DNA from: Shigella phage S2_02
Reading direction: 5' to 3' (one strand)
DNA length: 50,597 nucleotides
Sequence record: OQ223306
Shown: piece after piece, positions 35,205 through 43,741 of the stretch
Numbering within the stretch: position 1 is the stretch's first letter
Layout of the letters: each line of letters starts with the position of its first letter
Position numbers and translations under genes: made by a program
The notes under the pieces: generated by a model
The model's database searches: none
What the model saw: only the letters and a program-made list of their open reading frames with translations
What the model was told of the DNA's origin: nothing

Positions 35205-36138
35205 AGAGTAGGTCACTTGCTGAGAATAATTTGGCTTGCATTCCTGAGCGGTATCCTCCAGGATTCGGGATGATTATTTTTAATTGTCTGTCGTCTGCCA
35301 TGTATAAAGTTTCTTTATCAGATGGTTCGCACGCAACCCTTACCTCCCGCTCTCCCTTGTATCTGTACGCAACCATTTCTAGGTTTTCAGGAGTGAAGCA
35401 GGCCCACACTTCCTGTTTTGTGTGAAAGGCTATGTGCTGAGCGTCAATCCAGTTTAGACACAAGTAGATCGCCTTCTCAGTTTTACCAGTCACGGCAACC
35501 GAGCAACTTGTGTATTTCTTAGCGTAAAATGACTCCCTTCCTTCCTCGTCAATAATCAAAATATTGCAAAACTCGTCATCAAGCCCGTCCTCATGCACAA
35601 GTTGACACGGGATAGTGTGAAATACGCTCTCCCCGCCATCGTCGCGACGTTTTACGCCAACGTCGAATGATTCAGTAGGTAGCGACTCAAACATGCTTAG
35701 TGGTGTGTTTACGCGCTTCTCTGTGCGCTCCATGACTTTCATCACCGCTTCATGATCTGCCATCATGACATTGACGCCAGCTACCGGAGTCCGGCGCGCT
35801 TTCTTGTTCGCCTTGACGATATATTCCTGCGGAACTTTTCCGAGAAATCTCCCCAGGATGTTTATACATTCACTGTACGGCATACCAGTTAATTTCATTA
35901 GCCACCCGATCCCGGAGTCGTTCCCGCATGAGTTGCAGATCGCGCCGCCGTCGCCCGGAGTGTTTAAGTTATCGGTCCATCGAAAGCGGTCTTTACCGCC
36001 GCAGTTTGGGCAAGGTTGGTGCTTCTTATTAAACACCTCATTCTGCAACCCGCAGATTGATTGGAAAGCCTCGCGCCATAACCCCTTCATGTACGGCAAA
36101 ACGTCCTCTTTCTGAAACATCATAAATTCTTCGTTCAC
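35203..36138 (-). CDS. putative DNA primase (N-terminal zinc-binding domain) (311 aa)
   Basis: ORF track (GTG start with SD GGAGAT); CPNCGG...CNSCG zinc-finger-like motifs typical of phage primases. Confidence 0.6.
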   Translation of the reverse strand: MNEEFMMFQKEDVLPYMKGLWREAFQSICGLQNEVFNKKHQPCPNCGGKDRFRWTDNLNTPGDGGAICNSCGNDSGIGWLMKLTGMPYSECINILGRFLGKVPQEYIVKANKKARRTPVAGVNVMMADHEAVMKVMERTEKRVNTPLSMFESLPTESFDVGVKRRDDGGESVFHTIPCQLVHEDGLDDEFCNILIIDEEGRESFYAKKYTSCSVAVTGKTEKAIYLCLNWIDAQHIAFHTKQEVWACFTPENLEMVAYRYKGEREVRVACEPSDKETLYMADDRQLKIIIPNPGGYRSGMQAKLFSASDLL

Positions 36139-36150
36139 TTCCAGATCTCC

Positions 36151-36217
36151 AAAATAAAAAACGCGTAGAAGGATGTTAACCCGCTACGCGTCGTTTGTTT
36201 TAACTAAAAATGCTATT
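36151..36217 (-). promoter_or_regulatory. Minus-strand module: box + 18 bp + TAACAT overlapping hairpin/T-run terminator, upstream of primase
   Basis: Box (revcomp AATAGCATTTTTAGTTAAAAC) 36197-36217 contains stop of upstream gene; -10-like at 36173-36178; hairpin ACGCGTAG/CTACGCGT 36161-36191 then U-run. Confidence 0.45.
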
Positions 36218-36652
36218 GGTCGTTCCGATATCTTCCTTCTTCACGACGCGCATAAATTTCTTGTTCTTGCATCTCTTCTCTAGGCACTTGCCGTTACCGT
36301 CAAACTTGAGGTCGAATCGCAACCATGCGGCGCGGAATCCTTTACAACCCTGACGACGGTAAGCACGATGTGCAGCTTCAGCACCTTGCCACGAAATCAT
36401 GTTGCGCTCCTTCCATCCCTGCACGGTCTGATTGCTAACTTTCAGAGCCTTTGCGCAAGCCGCCGGACCACCATAATATTCAATAAGAGCATCCAATCGC
36501 GCTCTCAGTCCTGCGCGCGTTTCTTCTTTATGGATATAAAATCCGCAGCGCTGGCGAGGCTTTTTATCTTTACCGCGTCGTGTTCCGTTGTTACCATTGA
36601 TGTGACGTTTATCGATTTCACCAGTAGACTCTGCGATACGTTTCATATTCAT
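36200..36652 (-). CDS. putative helix-turn-helix DNA-binding protein (150 aa); candidate regulator
   Basis: ORF-track frame 36200..36724; ATG 36652 has SD AGGAG; basic N-terminus and HTH-like segment PAACAKALKVSNQTVQGWKER; function unverified. Confidence 0.5.
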   Translation of the reverse strand: MNMKRIAESTGEIDKRHINGNNGTRRGKDKKPRQRCGFYIHKEETRAGLRARLDALIEYYGGPAACAKALKVSNQTVQGWKERNMISWQGAEAAHRAYRRQGCKGFRAAWLRFDLKFDGNGKCLEKRCKNKKFMRVVKKEDIGTTNSIFS

Positions 36653-36663
36653 CTTAATTCTCC

Positions 36664-36732
36664 TGTAGCACTTTTTGCTAAAAACGTTTACTGTATGCCG
36701 TGTATTATATCGTAAACGATACAACGATTCAA
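36664..36732. promoter_or_regulatory. Overlapping divergent promoters: box + 18 bp + TATTAT (plus, helicase) and TTGAAT-17-TATAAT (minus, HTH gene)
   Basis: Box 36664-36684; plus -10 at 36703-36708; minus -35 at 36727-36732 and -10 at 36704-36709; box lies in 5' UTR of the minus transcript. Confidence 0.45.
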
Positions 36733-36746
36733 AGGATTAAATAGCC

Positions 36747-38765
36747 GTGACAATTAACATCAAAAAGCAAATCGCATTACTTGGCGAGGACTATATAAAA
36801 CGCACTCAAGAACGATTCACTGTCGGTGAGGTCGTTCCTTATCCGTATCAGGTTGTTGCTTATGCCGAGATCGCAAAACGCCTTTCAAATTACGAGCATC
36901 CATTCTTTGTTAAAGCGTCAGTATCTGCTGGTAAAACAATCATATTCGCTATGGTGGCAAAGCAGTGTCAAAAAATGGGATTGAAAATGCTTGTGCTTGC
37001 GAGGCAGGGTGAGATTGTCGATCAGGATAGTGAGGAGATCGATAACTTCGGGGTAACGAACTCCATCTTCTCAGCGTCGCTTGGAATCAAGTCCTGCTAC
37101 TTCCCGATCGTGGTTGGCTCTGAGGGTACTGTTGCAAATGGCCTAAACAATGAGTTGGCTGATTTTGTCCCGCATGTAATTGGGATCGACGAATGTCACC
37201 AGGTGGATTGGGAAGACCTTGCTCAAGCCATTGAAGGAAAGGAAACGATGGAGCAGATGAAGGGGGAGAAAGGGAAAGTTATTATGGACGGGGAGATTCC
37301 TCTGATTGGTAATGATGGGAAACCTTTACTTGGAACTAAGCGAAGCCAGTACACTATCGTAATCATGGAGATGATGCGTCGCTGTAAAGAGATTCACGGG
37401 CATGACCTCAGAATATTTGGCATGACAGGATCTGAATTTAGGGGCGTTGTTCCGATTCTGGTGGAGAATACAAAGGCGTTAGGATTCTGGCGTGAGCGCG
37501 TAACTGATATCGATACAAACTATCTGATTGAGTTCGGCTCTGTTGTGCCGACGATATTCGGTTCAACTGACGGAGTACACTACGATCTGGATAAGTTCAA
37601 GGCGTCAAGCGAGGACGGCGTACAGGACTTTACAGAGAAAGATATGAAGGCTATGGAAGATGAGATCCTTCATGATAAATCCCTGACTCAGCGAATCATG
37701 CAAATGGTCGCCAAAAAGGCAGAAGAACGCAATGCGGTCCTGATTACATGTGCCGGGGTGCGTCACTGTAAAGAGGCGGCGGCGGCACTTCCACCTGGAA
37801 GTACCTATGCAATTATCACTGGCGAAACAGACACCAAAACGCGCAAGAAGATTCTTGATGATGTGAGGGCCGGGAAAATTAAATACACCTTTCAGGTAAT
37901 GGCGCTCACTACTGGCGTTAACGTTCCAAATTGGGATTTCAGTGTCATACTCCGCAAGATAGGGTCGCTCACACTGTTGATTCAACTTTTGGGTAGGGGT
38001 ATGCGTCTGCTTAAACCCTGGCAGGTTGCTGAGGGAATGGTTAAGCAGGACCATCTGGTATGGGATTTCGCAGGTACGATGGATGAATTGGGTCAGCTTT
38101 ATTTCGATCCGATACTTGAGCAGGCACAATTCCAAAAGCGTTTTGAAAACGGCAAAGATCCGAAAACATGTCCGAAATGCGGTTGCGTAAATAGCTTCTA
38201 TGCTCGACGATGCGTTAACGTTATCGACGGCGAGCGCTGCGATCACTTCTGGACTTCTCAGATTTGCGAGGACCAGGTTGATGAACGTACCGGGAAAATT
38301 CTTGTTAAAGGGTGTGGTGCTGAGAATGACGTTGTGGCACGAGTCTGTCGTTGCTGTGATGTTTCTCTCGTCGATCCGAACCTGAAGTTGTCCGGTAAGG
38401 CGTACACTAAGAATGACTGGTACGAGGTCAAGAATTTTGAGGTTACGCTAACCAAAAACCAAAAGGGCGTGATATACAAATATACGCTGATTAATGATGA
38501 CGGCGATGAGTTCAAGGCGTATGAAAAATTCTTCCCTGAGTCCGACTCTAAGATTTGCGGTACGCTATGGAAAACGAAAGGTGTATTACCTCATGTGTCA
38601 GATCCTAAAATGCGTCGCTACTTTATTGGAATGAAGAACGCTATCAAGATCGTGCAATACTCGCATCATATAGCGCATCCGGTGCGCGTAACTCATCGCC
38701 GCAACCAGAAGAAAGAAGATATTATCTCACGCAAAGACTTCGGTATGGAGGATATCCCGGAATGA
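36747..38765 (+). CDS. superfamily-2 DNA helicase (DEAH-type) with C-terminal zinc-finger region (672 aa)
   Basis: ORF track (GTG start); Walker A SAGKT and motif II DECH; C-terminal Cys clusters. Confidence 0.8.
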   Translation: MTINIKKQIALLGEDYIKRTQERFTVGEVVPYPYQVVAYAEIAKRLSNYEHPFFVKASVSAGKTIIFAMVAKQCQKMGLKMLVLARQGEIVDQDSEEIDNFGVTNSIFSASLGIKSCYFPIVVGSEGTVANGLNNELADFVPHVIGIDECHQVDWEDLAQAIEGKETMEQMKGEKGKVIMDGEIPLIGNDGKPLLGTKRSQYTIVIMEMMRRCKEIHGHDLRIFGMTGSEFRGVVPILVENTKALGFWRERVTDIDTNYLIEFGSVVPTIFGSTDGVHYDLDKFKASSEDGVQDFTEKDMKAMEDEILHDKSLTQRIMQMVAKKAEERNAVLITCAGVRHCKEAAAALPPGSTYAIITGETDTKTRKKILDDVRAGKIKYTFQVMALTTGVNVPNWDFSVILRKIGSLTLLIQLLGRGMRLLKPWQVAEGMVKQDHLVWDFAGTMDELGQLYFDPILEQAQFQKRFENGKDPKTCPKCGCVNSFYARRCVNVIDGERCDHFWTSQICEDQVDERTGKILVKGCGAENDVVARVCRCCDVSLVDPNLKLSGKAYTKNDWYEVKNFEVTLTKNQKGVIYKYTLINDDGDEFKAYEKFFPESDSKICGTLWKTKGVLPHVSDPKMRRYFIGMKNAIKIVQYSHHIAHPVRVTHRRNQKKEDIISRKDFGMEDIPE

Positions 38766-39241
38766 TTGAATGGTCAAAATACCTTAAGTACAACTACGGT
38801 AATCTTTACTGGCTCGTCACTAGAAATAATAGAGTTCAAGCTGGAACGCTTGCTGGAACTATAAGTGATGAGGGTTACGTGAAAGTCATGATGCGCAAGA
38901 AGGCGTATCATGCTCATAGAATAATATGGGAGATGCACTACGGAAAAATACCCGAAGGGATGGAAGTAGACCATATAAATCACGACAGGACTGACAACAG
39001 AATAGAAAACCTTCGTCTTGTCACTAAGCAAGTTAACATGAAAAATAAATCATCATATTCAAATAACAAATCTGGCGTTACTGGAGTAAGCTGGCACTCA
39101 AAGAAAAAGAAATGGGTAGCTCAGATACAAAGCAACAAGAGGAAAAAGATGTTATATGAAGGGGATAGCTTTGATGATGCAGTGAAGGCGAGAAAGTCAG
39201 CAGAGATAGAGCTTGATTTTCATAAAAATCACGGGGTGTAA
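38762..39241 (+). CDS. HNH endonuclease with AP2-like domain (159 aa)
   Basis: ORF track; HRIIWEMHYGKIPEGMEVDHINHDRTDNRIENL HNH core; paralog of 9130 and 49475 genes. Confidence 0.8.
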   Translation: MIEWSKYLKYNYGNLYWLVTRNNRVQAGTLAGTISDEGYVKVMMRKKAYHAHRIIWEMHYGKIPEGMEVDHINHDRTDNRIENLRLVTKQVNMKNKSSYSNNKSGVTGVSWHSKKKKWVAQIQSNKRKKMLYEGDSFDDAVKARKSAEIELDFHKNHGV

Positions 39242-39242
39242 A

Positions 39243-39662
39243 ATGGCTGTACTAGATAAGGGTGATTATTTAGAATATTATGAACGAGATCCCAGCGATA
39301 CTCGAAAGGAGGTTGCTCATCAGATTGATAGCTTCCAGTGGCTAAAGCACAATCATCCGGAATTGCTTGCTTGGCATAGCGTTAATGAAAATAAGAAGAC
39401 AAAAGTTACCGCGATGATTGACCAGCAGTCAGGATTACTTAAGGGCGTATCAGACTTCGTTATCCTGATTGGTGTAAACTCACGTTACCCGTTCGCAGCT
39501 ATCGAACTCAAACGGGTTAATAAGTCCGGCAAAGGAAAAGCGTCACCAGTCAGCGATAAGCAAATTGAGTTTCTCAAAAAGGTTCGTGAACGCGGTGGAT
39601 TCTCTGCCGTTGCATACGGATTTGAGCAATTCAAGCTGGCAATATGCGATTTAACTAAATAG
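39243..39662 (+). CDS. putative VRR-NUC / PD-(D/E)XK nuclease (139 aa)
   Basis: ORF-track frame 39213..39662; ATG 39243 follows upstream stop; GVSDFVIL ... AIELKRVN resembles D...E.K nuclease motif. Confidence 0.5.
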   Translation: MAVLDKGDYLEYYERDPSDTRKEVAHQIDSFQWLKHNHPELLAWHSVNENKKTKVTAMIDQQSGLLKGVSDFVILIGVNSRYPFAAIELKRVNKSGKGKASPVSDKQIEFLKKVRERGGFSAVAYGFEQFKLAICDLTK

Positions 39663-39702
39663 CACTTTTTGCCAAACACGCCGGAATGGAATCTGGCATT
39701 AT
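39658..39702 (+). promoter_or_regulatory. Early-type promoter module upstream of dam (box + 18 bp + CATTAT)
   Basis: Box AATAGCACTTTTTGCCAAACA 39658-39678 includes upstream stop TAG; weak -10-like at 39697-39702. Confidence 0.4.
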
Positions 39703-39729
39703 TACCTCACCAAAACGAGAGGAATAAAA

Positions 39730-40443
39730 ATGAAAGACTTTAATGATATCTAAACCATAGACTTTGCAGATACTGGGTGCTCATTCACTCGTGAAGCAAT
39801 AGCATCAGGCGGTTATTATCAGGCATTGAAAACGCCAACCTGCAAAGAGATTTCAGGCCGTCGATACAAGGGAACCAATACACCTGACGCCGTTCGTGAT
39901 TTATGGTCAACTCCACGCGAGGTTATTGCATACCTTGAGGGGCGTTATGGGAAATATGATCTCGACGCTGCTGCAAGCGAGGAAAATAAAGTTTGCGAGA
40001 AGTTTTACTCCCAGGAAACAAACTGCTTAAAGCGTTGGTGGGGAAAGAATAAGCACGTTTGGTTAAATCCTCCTTATAGCCGACCTGATATATTCGTCAA
40101 GAAAGCGATTGAGCAAATGGAGCACAACAACCAGATCGATATGCTTTTACCTGCTGATAATTCTACAGCTTGGTTTACTGAGGCGCGACAGCACGCGGCT
40201 GAGATTATCTGGATTGAAGCGGATTTGACTGAGGATATCGACGGGAACGAGTACGCACGATCAGGTCGACTGGCGTTCATATCCGGTGAAACCGGAAAGG
40301 CCGTAGATGGTAATAACAAAGGTTCGGTAATTTTTATCATGCGCGAACTTAAAGAGGGTGAGACACAGCAAACTCACTATATCCCAATCACAAGCATTTG
40401 CCCTTCGGTGAAAAACAAGCGAGCAAAAGTGAGGAAAGTATAA
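39730..40443 (+). pseudogene. dam: dam-like gene in its full-length frame, interrupted by in-frame TAA at 39751-39753
   Basis: ATG 39730 with SD GAGAGGAA is in frame with the methyltransferase ORF but separated by TAA after 7 codons; could be nonsense mutation, sequencing error or recoding. Confidence 0.4.
39826..40443 (+). CDS. dam: DNA N6-adenine methyltransferase (phage Dam family) (205 aa from TTG start)
   Basis: ORF track; catalytic NPPYS motif and DLDAAAS region; only TTG start available downstream of the in-frame stop. Confidence 0.6.
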   Translation: MKTPTCKEISGRRYKGTNTPDAVRDLWSTPREVIAYLEGRYGKYDLDAAASEENKVCEKFYSQETNCLKRWWGKNKHVWLNPPYSRPDIFVKKAIEQMEHNNQIDMLLPADNSTAWFTEARQHAAEIIWIEADLTEDIDGNEYARSGRLAFISGETGKAVDGNNKGSVIFIMRELKEGETQQTHYIPITSICPSVKNKRAKVRKV

Positions 40444-40691
40444 TGAACGAGAAAATGACTCCGGTTAAGTTAACTGATCAAGGTTTATGGCTACTTTATC
40501 GAGCTACATGCTGCGAAATTATGGAGCAAAACGGATTGACTCAGGATGTTATTGGTTGCGATCTGTGGGAGTTCACTAGTTCTCTTGATATGTCTTTTGA
40601 TGAGATAAAAAATGAATACATTGAGAATTGGCCCTCAATCATCCAAAAAGACGTAGAAGAACTTTCTTCTGAGATAATTACGCAGCACTAA
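40443..40691 (+). CDS. hypothetical protein (82 aa)
   Basis: ORF-track frame 40398..40691; ATG 40443 overlaps dam stop (TAATG) with SD GAGGAAAG. Confidence 0.5.
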   Translation: MNEKMTPVKLTDQGLWLLYRATCCEIMEQNGLTQDVIGCDLWEFTSSLDMSFDEIKNEYIENWPSIIQKDVEELSSEIITQH

Positions 40692-40725
40692 TTGCTAAAA
40701 CTACCCGGCGAAAGTCGGGTATAGT
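40681..40725 (+). promoter_or_regulatory. Early-type promoter module: box CGCAGCACTAATTGCTAAAAC + 18 bp + TATAGT
   Basis: TATAGT 40720-40725 after hairpin ACCCG/CGGGT; CATCGA follows; box contains upstream stop TAA. Confidence 0.5.
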
Positions 40726-40757
40726 TATTTCATCGAAACGAAATGAGGAATCAGAGG

Positions 40758-40967
40758 ATGGCACGCATTAACGCAAACTTTTTCAATATCGCTCAACAGT
40801 CAGCAAAAATGGCTGTTCATATCACTGACAAGAAAGGCGGCAACTTCGATTGGGATATTGCTATGAACTTCCTTAAAATGTCTTATTACCGTTGCTCGGT
40901 TGAAGAAGTCGAAGGCCTCATCTCTGACGTGGAGAAATTAACTAATGATGATAAAAAAACAAGGTAA
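40758..40967 (+). CDS. hypothetical protein (69 aa)
   Basis: ORF-track frame 40743..40967; ATG 40758 has SD AATCAGAGG and lies downstream of predicted start. Confidence 0.5.
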   Translation: MARINANFFNIAQQSAKMAVHITDKKGGNFDWDIAMNFLKMSYYRCSVEEVEGLISDVEKLTNDDKKTR

Positions 40968-41217
40968 ACGAGAGGTTTGGGAGCACGCGAAGGAATGCGG
41001 AATCTCAGAAGATATAGCACTAATAGCGAAATATTTCGATATAAAGGATGTTAGCATTATCTCAAATGGCAAGATTTCATTTATGGAAGATATGCCGAGA
41101 AAAATGCATAGAGTTCCAGCAACTCCATCACTTGAGTTTTATCGTGAAGAAGGAAAGAGAATTGAGCGAGAACGAAAAAACGCAAAGAACAACAAGACTT
41201 CCAGGCTTAAATATTAA
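40945..41217 (+). CDS. hypothetical protein (90 aa), overlaps next ORF
   Basis: ORF track; SD GGAGA; overlaps 41048..41449 by 170 nt in another frame. Confidence 0.35.
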   Translation: MMIKKQGKREVWEHAKECGISEDIALIAKYFDIKDVSIISNGKISFMEDMPRKMHRVPATPSLEFYREEGKRIERERKNAKNNKTSRLKY

Positions 41218-41449
41218 CGAAGAAGATTACCAGACTATATGGATCGGAAATAAGCAGGTTAAGCAAATCCCTTTCTCTAACTGGTTGCCACCTGACTTTG
41301 TTAATGTGCTTTGCACTATCGGTATTGAGCAGGAGTTGCATATAGGTTACTACTCACCAGGCCGAAACAGTATGATGCTTGAGGTTGACGGAAAACTGGT
41401 TGAGTTTAAATCTTCAGATCTAGGATTCTGGTTAAAGGCTGTGGCATGA
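41048..41449 (+). CDS. hypothetical protein (133 aa as drawn); true start unclear
   Basis: ORF track; region 41218-41449 is open only in this frame; no good start after 41217. Confidence 0.35.
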   Translation: MLALSQMARFHLWKICREKCIEFQQLHHLSFIVKKERELSENEKTQRTTRLPGLNINEEDYQTIWIGNKQVKQIPFSNWLPPDFVNVLCTIGIEQELHIGYYSPGRNSMMLEVDGKLVEFKSSDLGFWLKAVA

Positions 41450-41527
41450 AACTTTATTTTGCTGTAGTATTAACACCGCTAATTTCATTTTCAGTAATGT
41501 ATTTCATTATCATGTAAGGATTAAAAT

Positions 41528-42679
41528 ATGTCACAAGCTAAAATCACCACCGAGCAACTTATTGAAGAGCGCATGAGCGGCCTAACACTTCGCGAAATCG
41601 CGGAAAAATACGGTATGCACATTCGCACTGTTGAAGCGCGACATGCCAAGCTGGCAAAAGAAGGTCATTTTCACGGTAACGAGCATGTTGCTAAAAACGT
41701 GCCCGAGGGATTCATGGTAAAAGGCACGTCGACGATGATTCGCGGCGATGGGACCGAGGTAGTGCGCTGGGTAAAAACCGATCAGGACCGTGAGAAGATT
41801 GCGGCAATGATGGAAGCAGCGCGTATTGCATTCTGTGAAGACCTGCCGAGAGCGAAGCCAACCGAGCTACTAACCTCGCAAGGGCTTACGACAGCGATGG
41901 GTAAGCTGGCACTCTATCCGGTATTCGATCTTCATATTGGCGCGCTTGCTCACAAGCATGAATGCGGAGAGAACTACTCTACCGACGTAGCTGAAAAAGT
42001 GCTTGGCGACTTCTTCAATTACGCGATCGATATTGCCCCGAACGCAGAGAAAGCTGTTCTGTTAATCGGCGGTGACTTCCTTCACTCGGACGGTCTTGAT
42101 GCTGTTACCCCGGCAAGCGGTCACGTTCTGGATCAGGATTCACGATATGCAAAATTGGTGCATGTGGCTATTCGATCGGTGCGTCGCGCTATCGACAAAA
42201 TGCTACTGAAGCACAAAGAAGTCGAAGTCCAGGTTATCGAAGGGAACCACGACCAGGCCGGGATGATTTGGCTACGCGCTGCAATGGCTGCATACTATGA
42301 AGACGAGCCGCGAGTATTCGTTGACGTCAGTCCTATGATTCTGCATAAGACTCGCTGGGGAAATACCTTACTGGGATACACTCACGGTCACACGATGAAA
42401 AAGGCAGACACGCGACTTGCAGCGATGGCGGCAGACTTCCGCGCAGACTTTGGAGAAAGCAAATACGTGTATACTCACAGTGGGCACTGGCATCATCAGA
42501 CAATCACTGAACACTCACTCGGTATTGATGAAGTTCACGGTCAGCTTGGGGCGAAAGACGCATATGCGGCGCGCGGCGGGTGGCGCTCATATCGCCAGGC
42601 GGCGGTAATCATTTACGATAAGCAGTTTGGTGAAATCGGTCGATTCATCTATCGTCCAGAAATGACAGGATCGCACTAA
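41528..42679 (+). CDS. calcineurin-like metallophosphoesterase with N-terminal HTH-like domain (383 aa)
   Basis: ORF track; motifs DLHIG, GGDFLHSDG, GNHD, GHTM, HSGHWHH; N-terminal LTLREIAEKYGMHIRTV HTH-like segment. Confidence 0.65.
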   Translation: MSQAKITTEQLIEERMSGLTLREIAEKYGMHIRTVEARHAKLAKEGHFHGNEHVAKNVPEGFMVKGTSTMIRGDGTEVVRWVKTDQDREKIAAMMEAARIAFCEDLPRAKPTELLTSQGLTTAMGKLALYPVFDLHIGALAHKHECGENYSTDVAEKVLGDFFNYAIDIAPNAEKAVLLIGGDFLHSDGLDAVTPASGHVLDQDSRYAKLVHVAIRSVRRAIDKMLLKHKEVEVQVIEGNHDQAGMIWLRAAMAAYYEDEPRVFVDVSPMILHKTRWGNTLLGYTHGHTMKKADTRLAAMAADFRADFGESKYVYTHSGHWHHQTITEHSLGIDEVHGQLGAKDAYAARGGWRSYRQAAVIIYDKQFGEIGRFIYRPEMTGSH

Positions 42680-42713
42680 TTACTAAAAATACCCGAAGGG
42701 ATTCGGGTATAGT
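42669..42713 (+). promoter_or_regulatory. Early-type promoter module: degenerate box + 18 bp + TATAGT
   Basis: Box GATCGCACTAATTACTAAAAA contains upstream stop; TATAGT 42708-42713 after hairpin ACCCGAA/TTCGGGT. Confidence 0.45.
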
Positions 42714-42742
42714 AACCACATCGAAAACAAAGAGGATATATC

Positions 42743-42919
42743 ATGAAGCGAGTTAAGTGCATCCGAAATGACTCCAAAACACTTCCATTCCGCGTAAATC
42801 AGATCTATAGTGTTGGTTATGATTTCGGTGGTGGATTATTTGAGATTTACGACGGGCGAGATTCAGCAATCCAATCTCCCCTGAATGGTCATTATCTGGA
42901 ATTTATTGAGATAGATTAA
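42743..42919 (+). CDS. hypothetical small protein (58 aa)
   Basis: ATG with SD AAAGAGGA downstream of module 42669-42713; below ORF-track cutoff; followed by terminator. Confidence 0.45.
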   Translation: MKRVKCIRNDSKTLPFRVNQIYSVGYDFGGGLFEIYDGRDSAIQSPLNGHYLEFIEID

Positions 42920-42940
42920 CAATATCATTCATCACCTTAC

Positions 42941-42971
42941 GGGCTGGCATGATTTACATGCTGGCCTTTTT
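42941..42971 (+). terminator. Rho-independent terminator upstream of lysis cassette
   Basis: 10-bp stem GGCTGGCATG/CATGCTGGCC (two G-T pairs) followed by T5. Confidence 0.55.
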
Positions 42972-43037
42972 GCGTTGTATCGAGTAAATTTGAAGGTTAA
43001 AATCGACTCACTTGTTCAAAAAATATATGGTGAGATT

Positions 43038-43253
43038 ATGAAAGAATTTTTAACAGCGGCTACGTCCAGCACGGGCGGTGCTTCATTGGTGGGGGCGGCG
43101 ACCGGGCAGCTTTATATTGCTGGCGCTACATTCATTTGCTTTCTTCTTTTTGGTGTATGGGGCGCGTACTGGAAGTATCGCGATAGCAAGGCAATCCATG
43201 AGGCGCTGAACGATGGAGATCTCAATAAGGCACTTAAGATTAGGGGGCGGTAA
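43038..43253 (+). CDS. putative holin (71 aa)
   Basis: ORF-track frame 42975..43253; ATG 43038 has SD GGTGAG; hydrophobic core and charged C-terminus; directly upstream of endolysin. Confidence 0.55.
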   Translation: MKEFLTAATSSTGGASLVGAATGQLYIAGATFICFLLFGVWGAYWKYRDSKAIHEALNDGDLNKALKIRGR

Positions 43254-43741
43254 TGGGATTAAAAAATAACGTTATAGGCGCATCGATCGGGGCAGCTTTG
43301 ACGTTGACACCAACGCTACTGGAGCGAATCGAAGGGATAGAATACGAAGTGTATTACGATATAGCCGGAGTCCCTACAGTATGCAGCGGAATAACCGGGA
43401 CGGACGTCATACCTGGAAAGAAATACACTAAGCGAGAGTGCGATGCGTTGCTGATAAAACATATCGGCGTCGCTCAGCGATACGTTGACAAAAAGGTTAA
43501 GGTTGACATTCCGGTAACGATGCGAGCCTCACTCTACAGCTTCACATTCAACGTTGGTACTGGCGCGTTCGGATCTTCTACAATGCTTAAGCTAATAAAT
43601 CAGAGTAAGCACAAGGAAGCGTGCAATCAGTTATGGCGATGGGTATACTACTACAACCCAAAAACCAAAAAGCGCGAAGTGTCTAGAGGACTCAAGAACC
43701 GACGCGCTGAAGAATACGCGTATTGCGTTAAGGAATTATGA
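43253..43741 (+). CDS. endolysin (T4-lysozyme-like) (162 aa)
   Basis: ORF track; N-terminal catalytic pattern E...D...T in [26 protein letters not shown]. Confidence 0.8.
   Translation: MGLKNNVIGASIGAALTLTPTLLERIEGIEYEVYYDIAGVPTVCSGITGTDVIPGKKYTKRECDALLIKHIGVAQRYVDKKVKVDIPVTMRASLYSFTFNVGTGAFGSSTMLKLINQSKHKEACNQLWRWVYYYNPKTKKREVSRGLKNRRAEEYAYCVKEL

Noticed and set aside
41175-41181. Simple -1 frameshift at A_AAA_AAC joining 40945..41217 to 41048..41449
   Set aside because: The -1 frame hits a stop after 9 codons and is not the frame of the downstream ORF.
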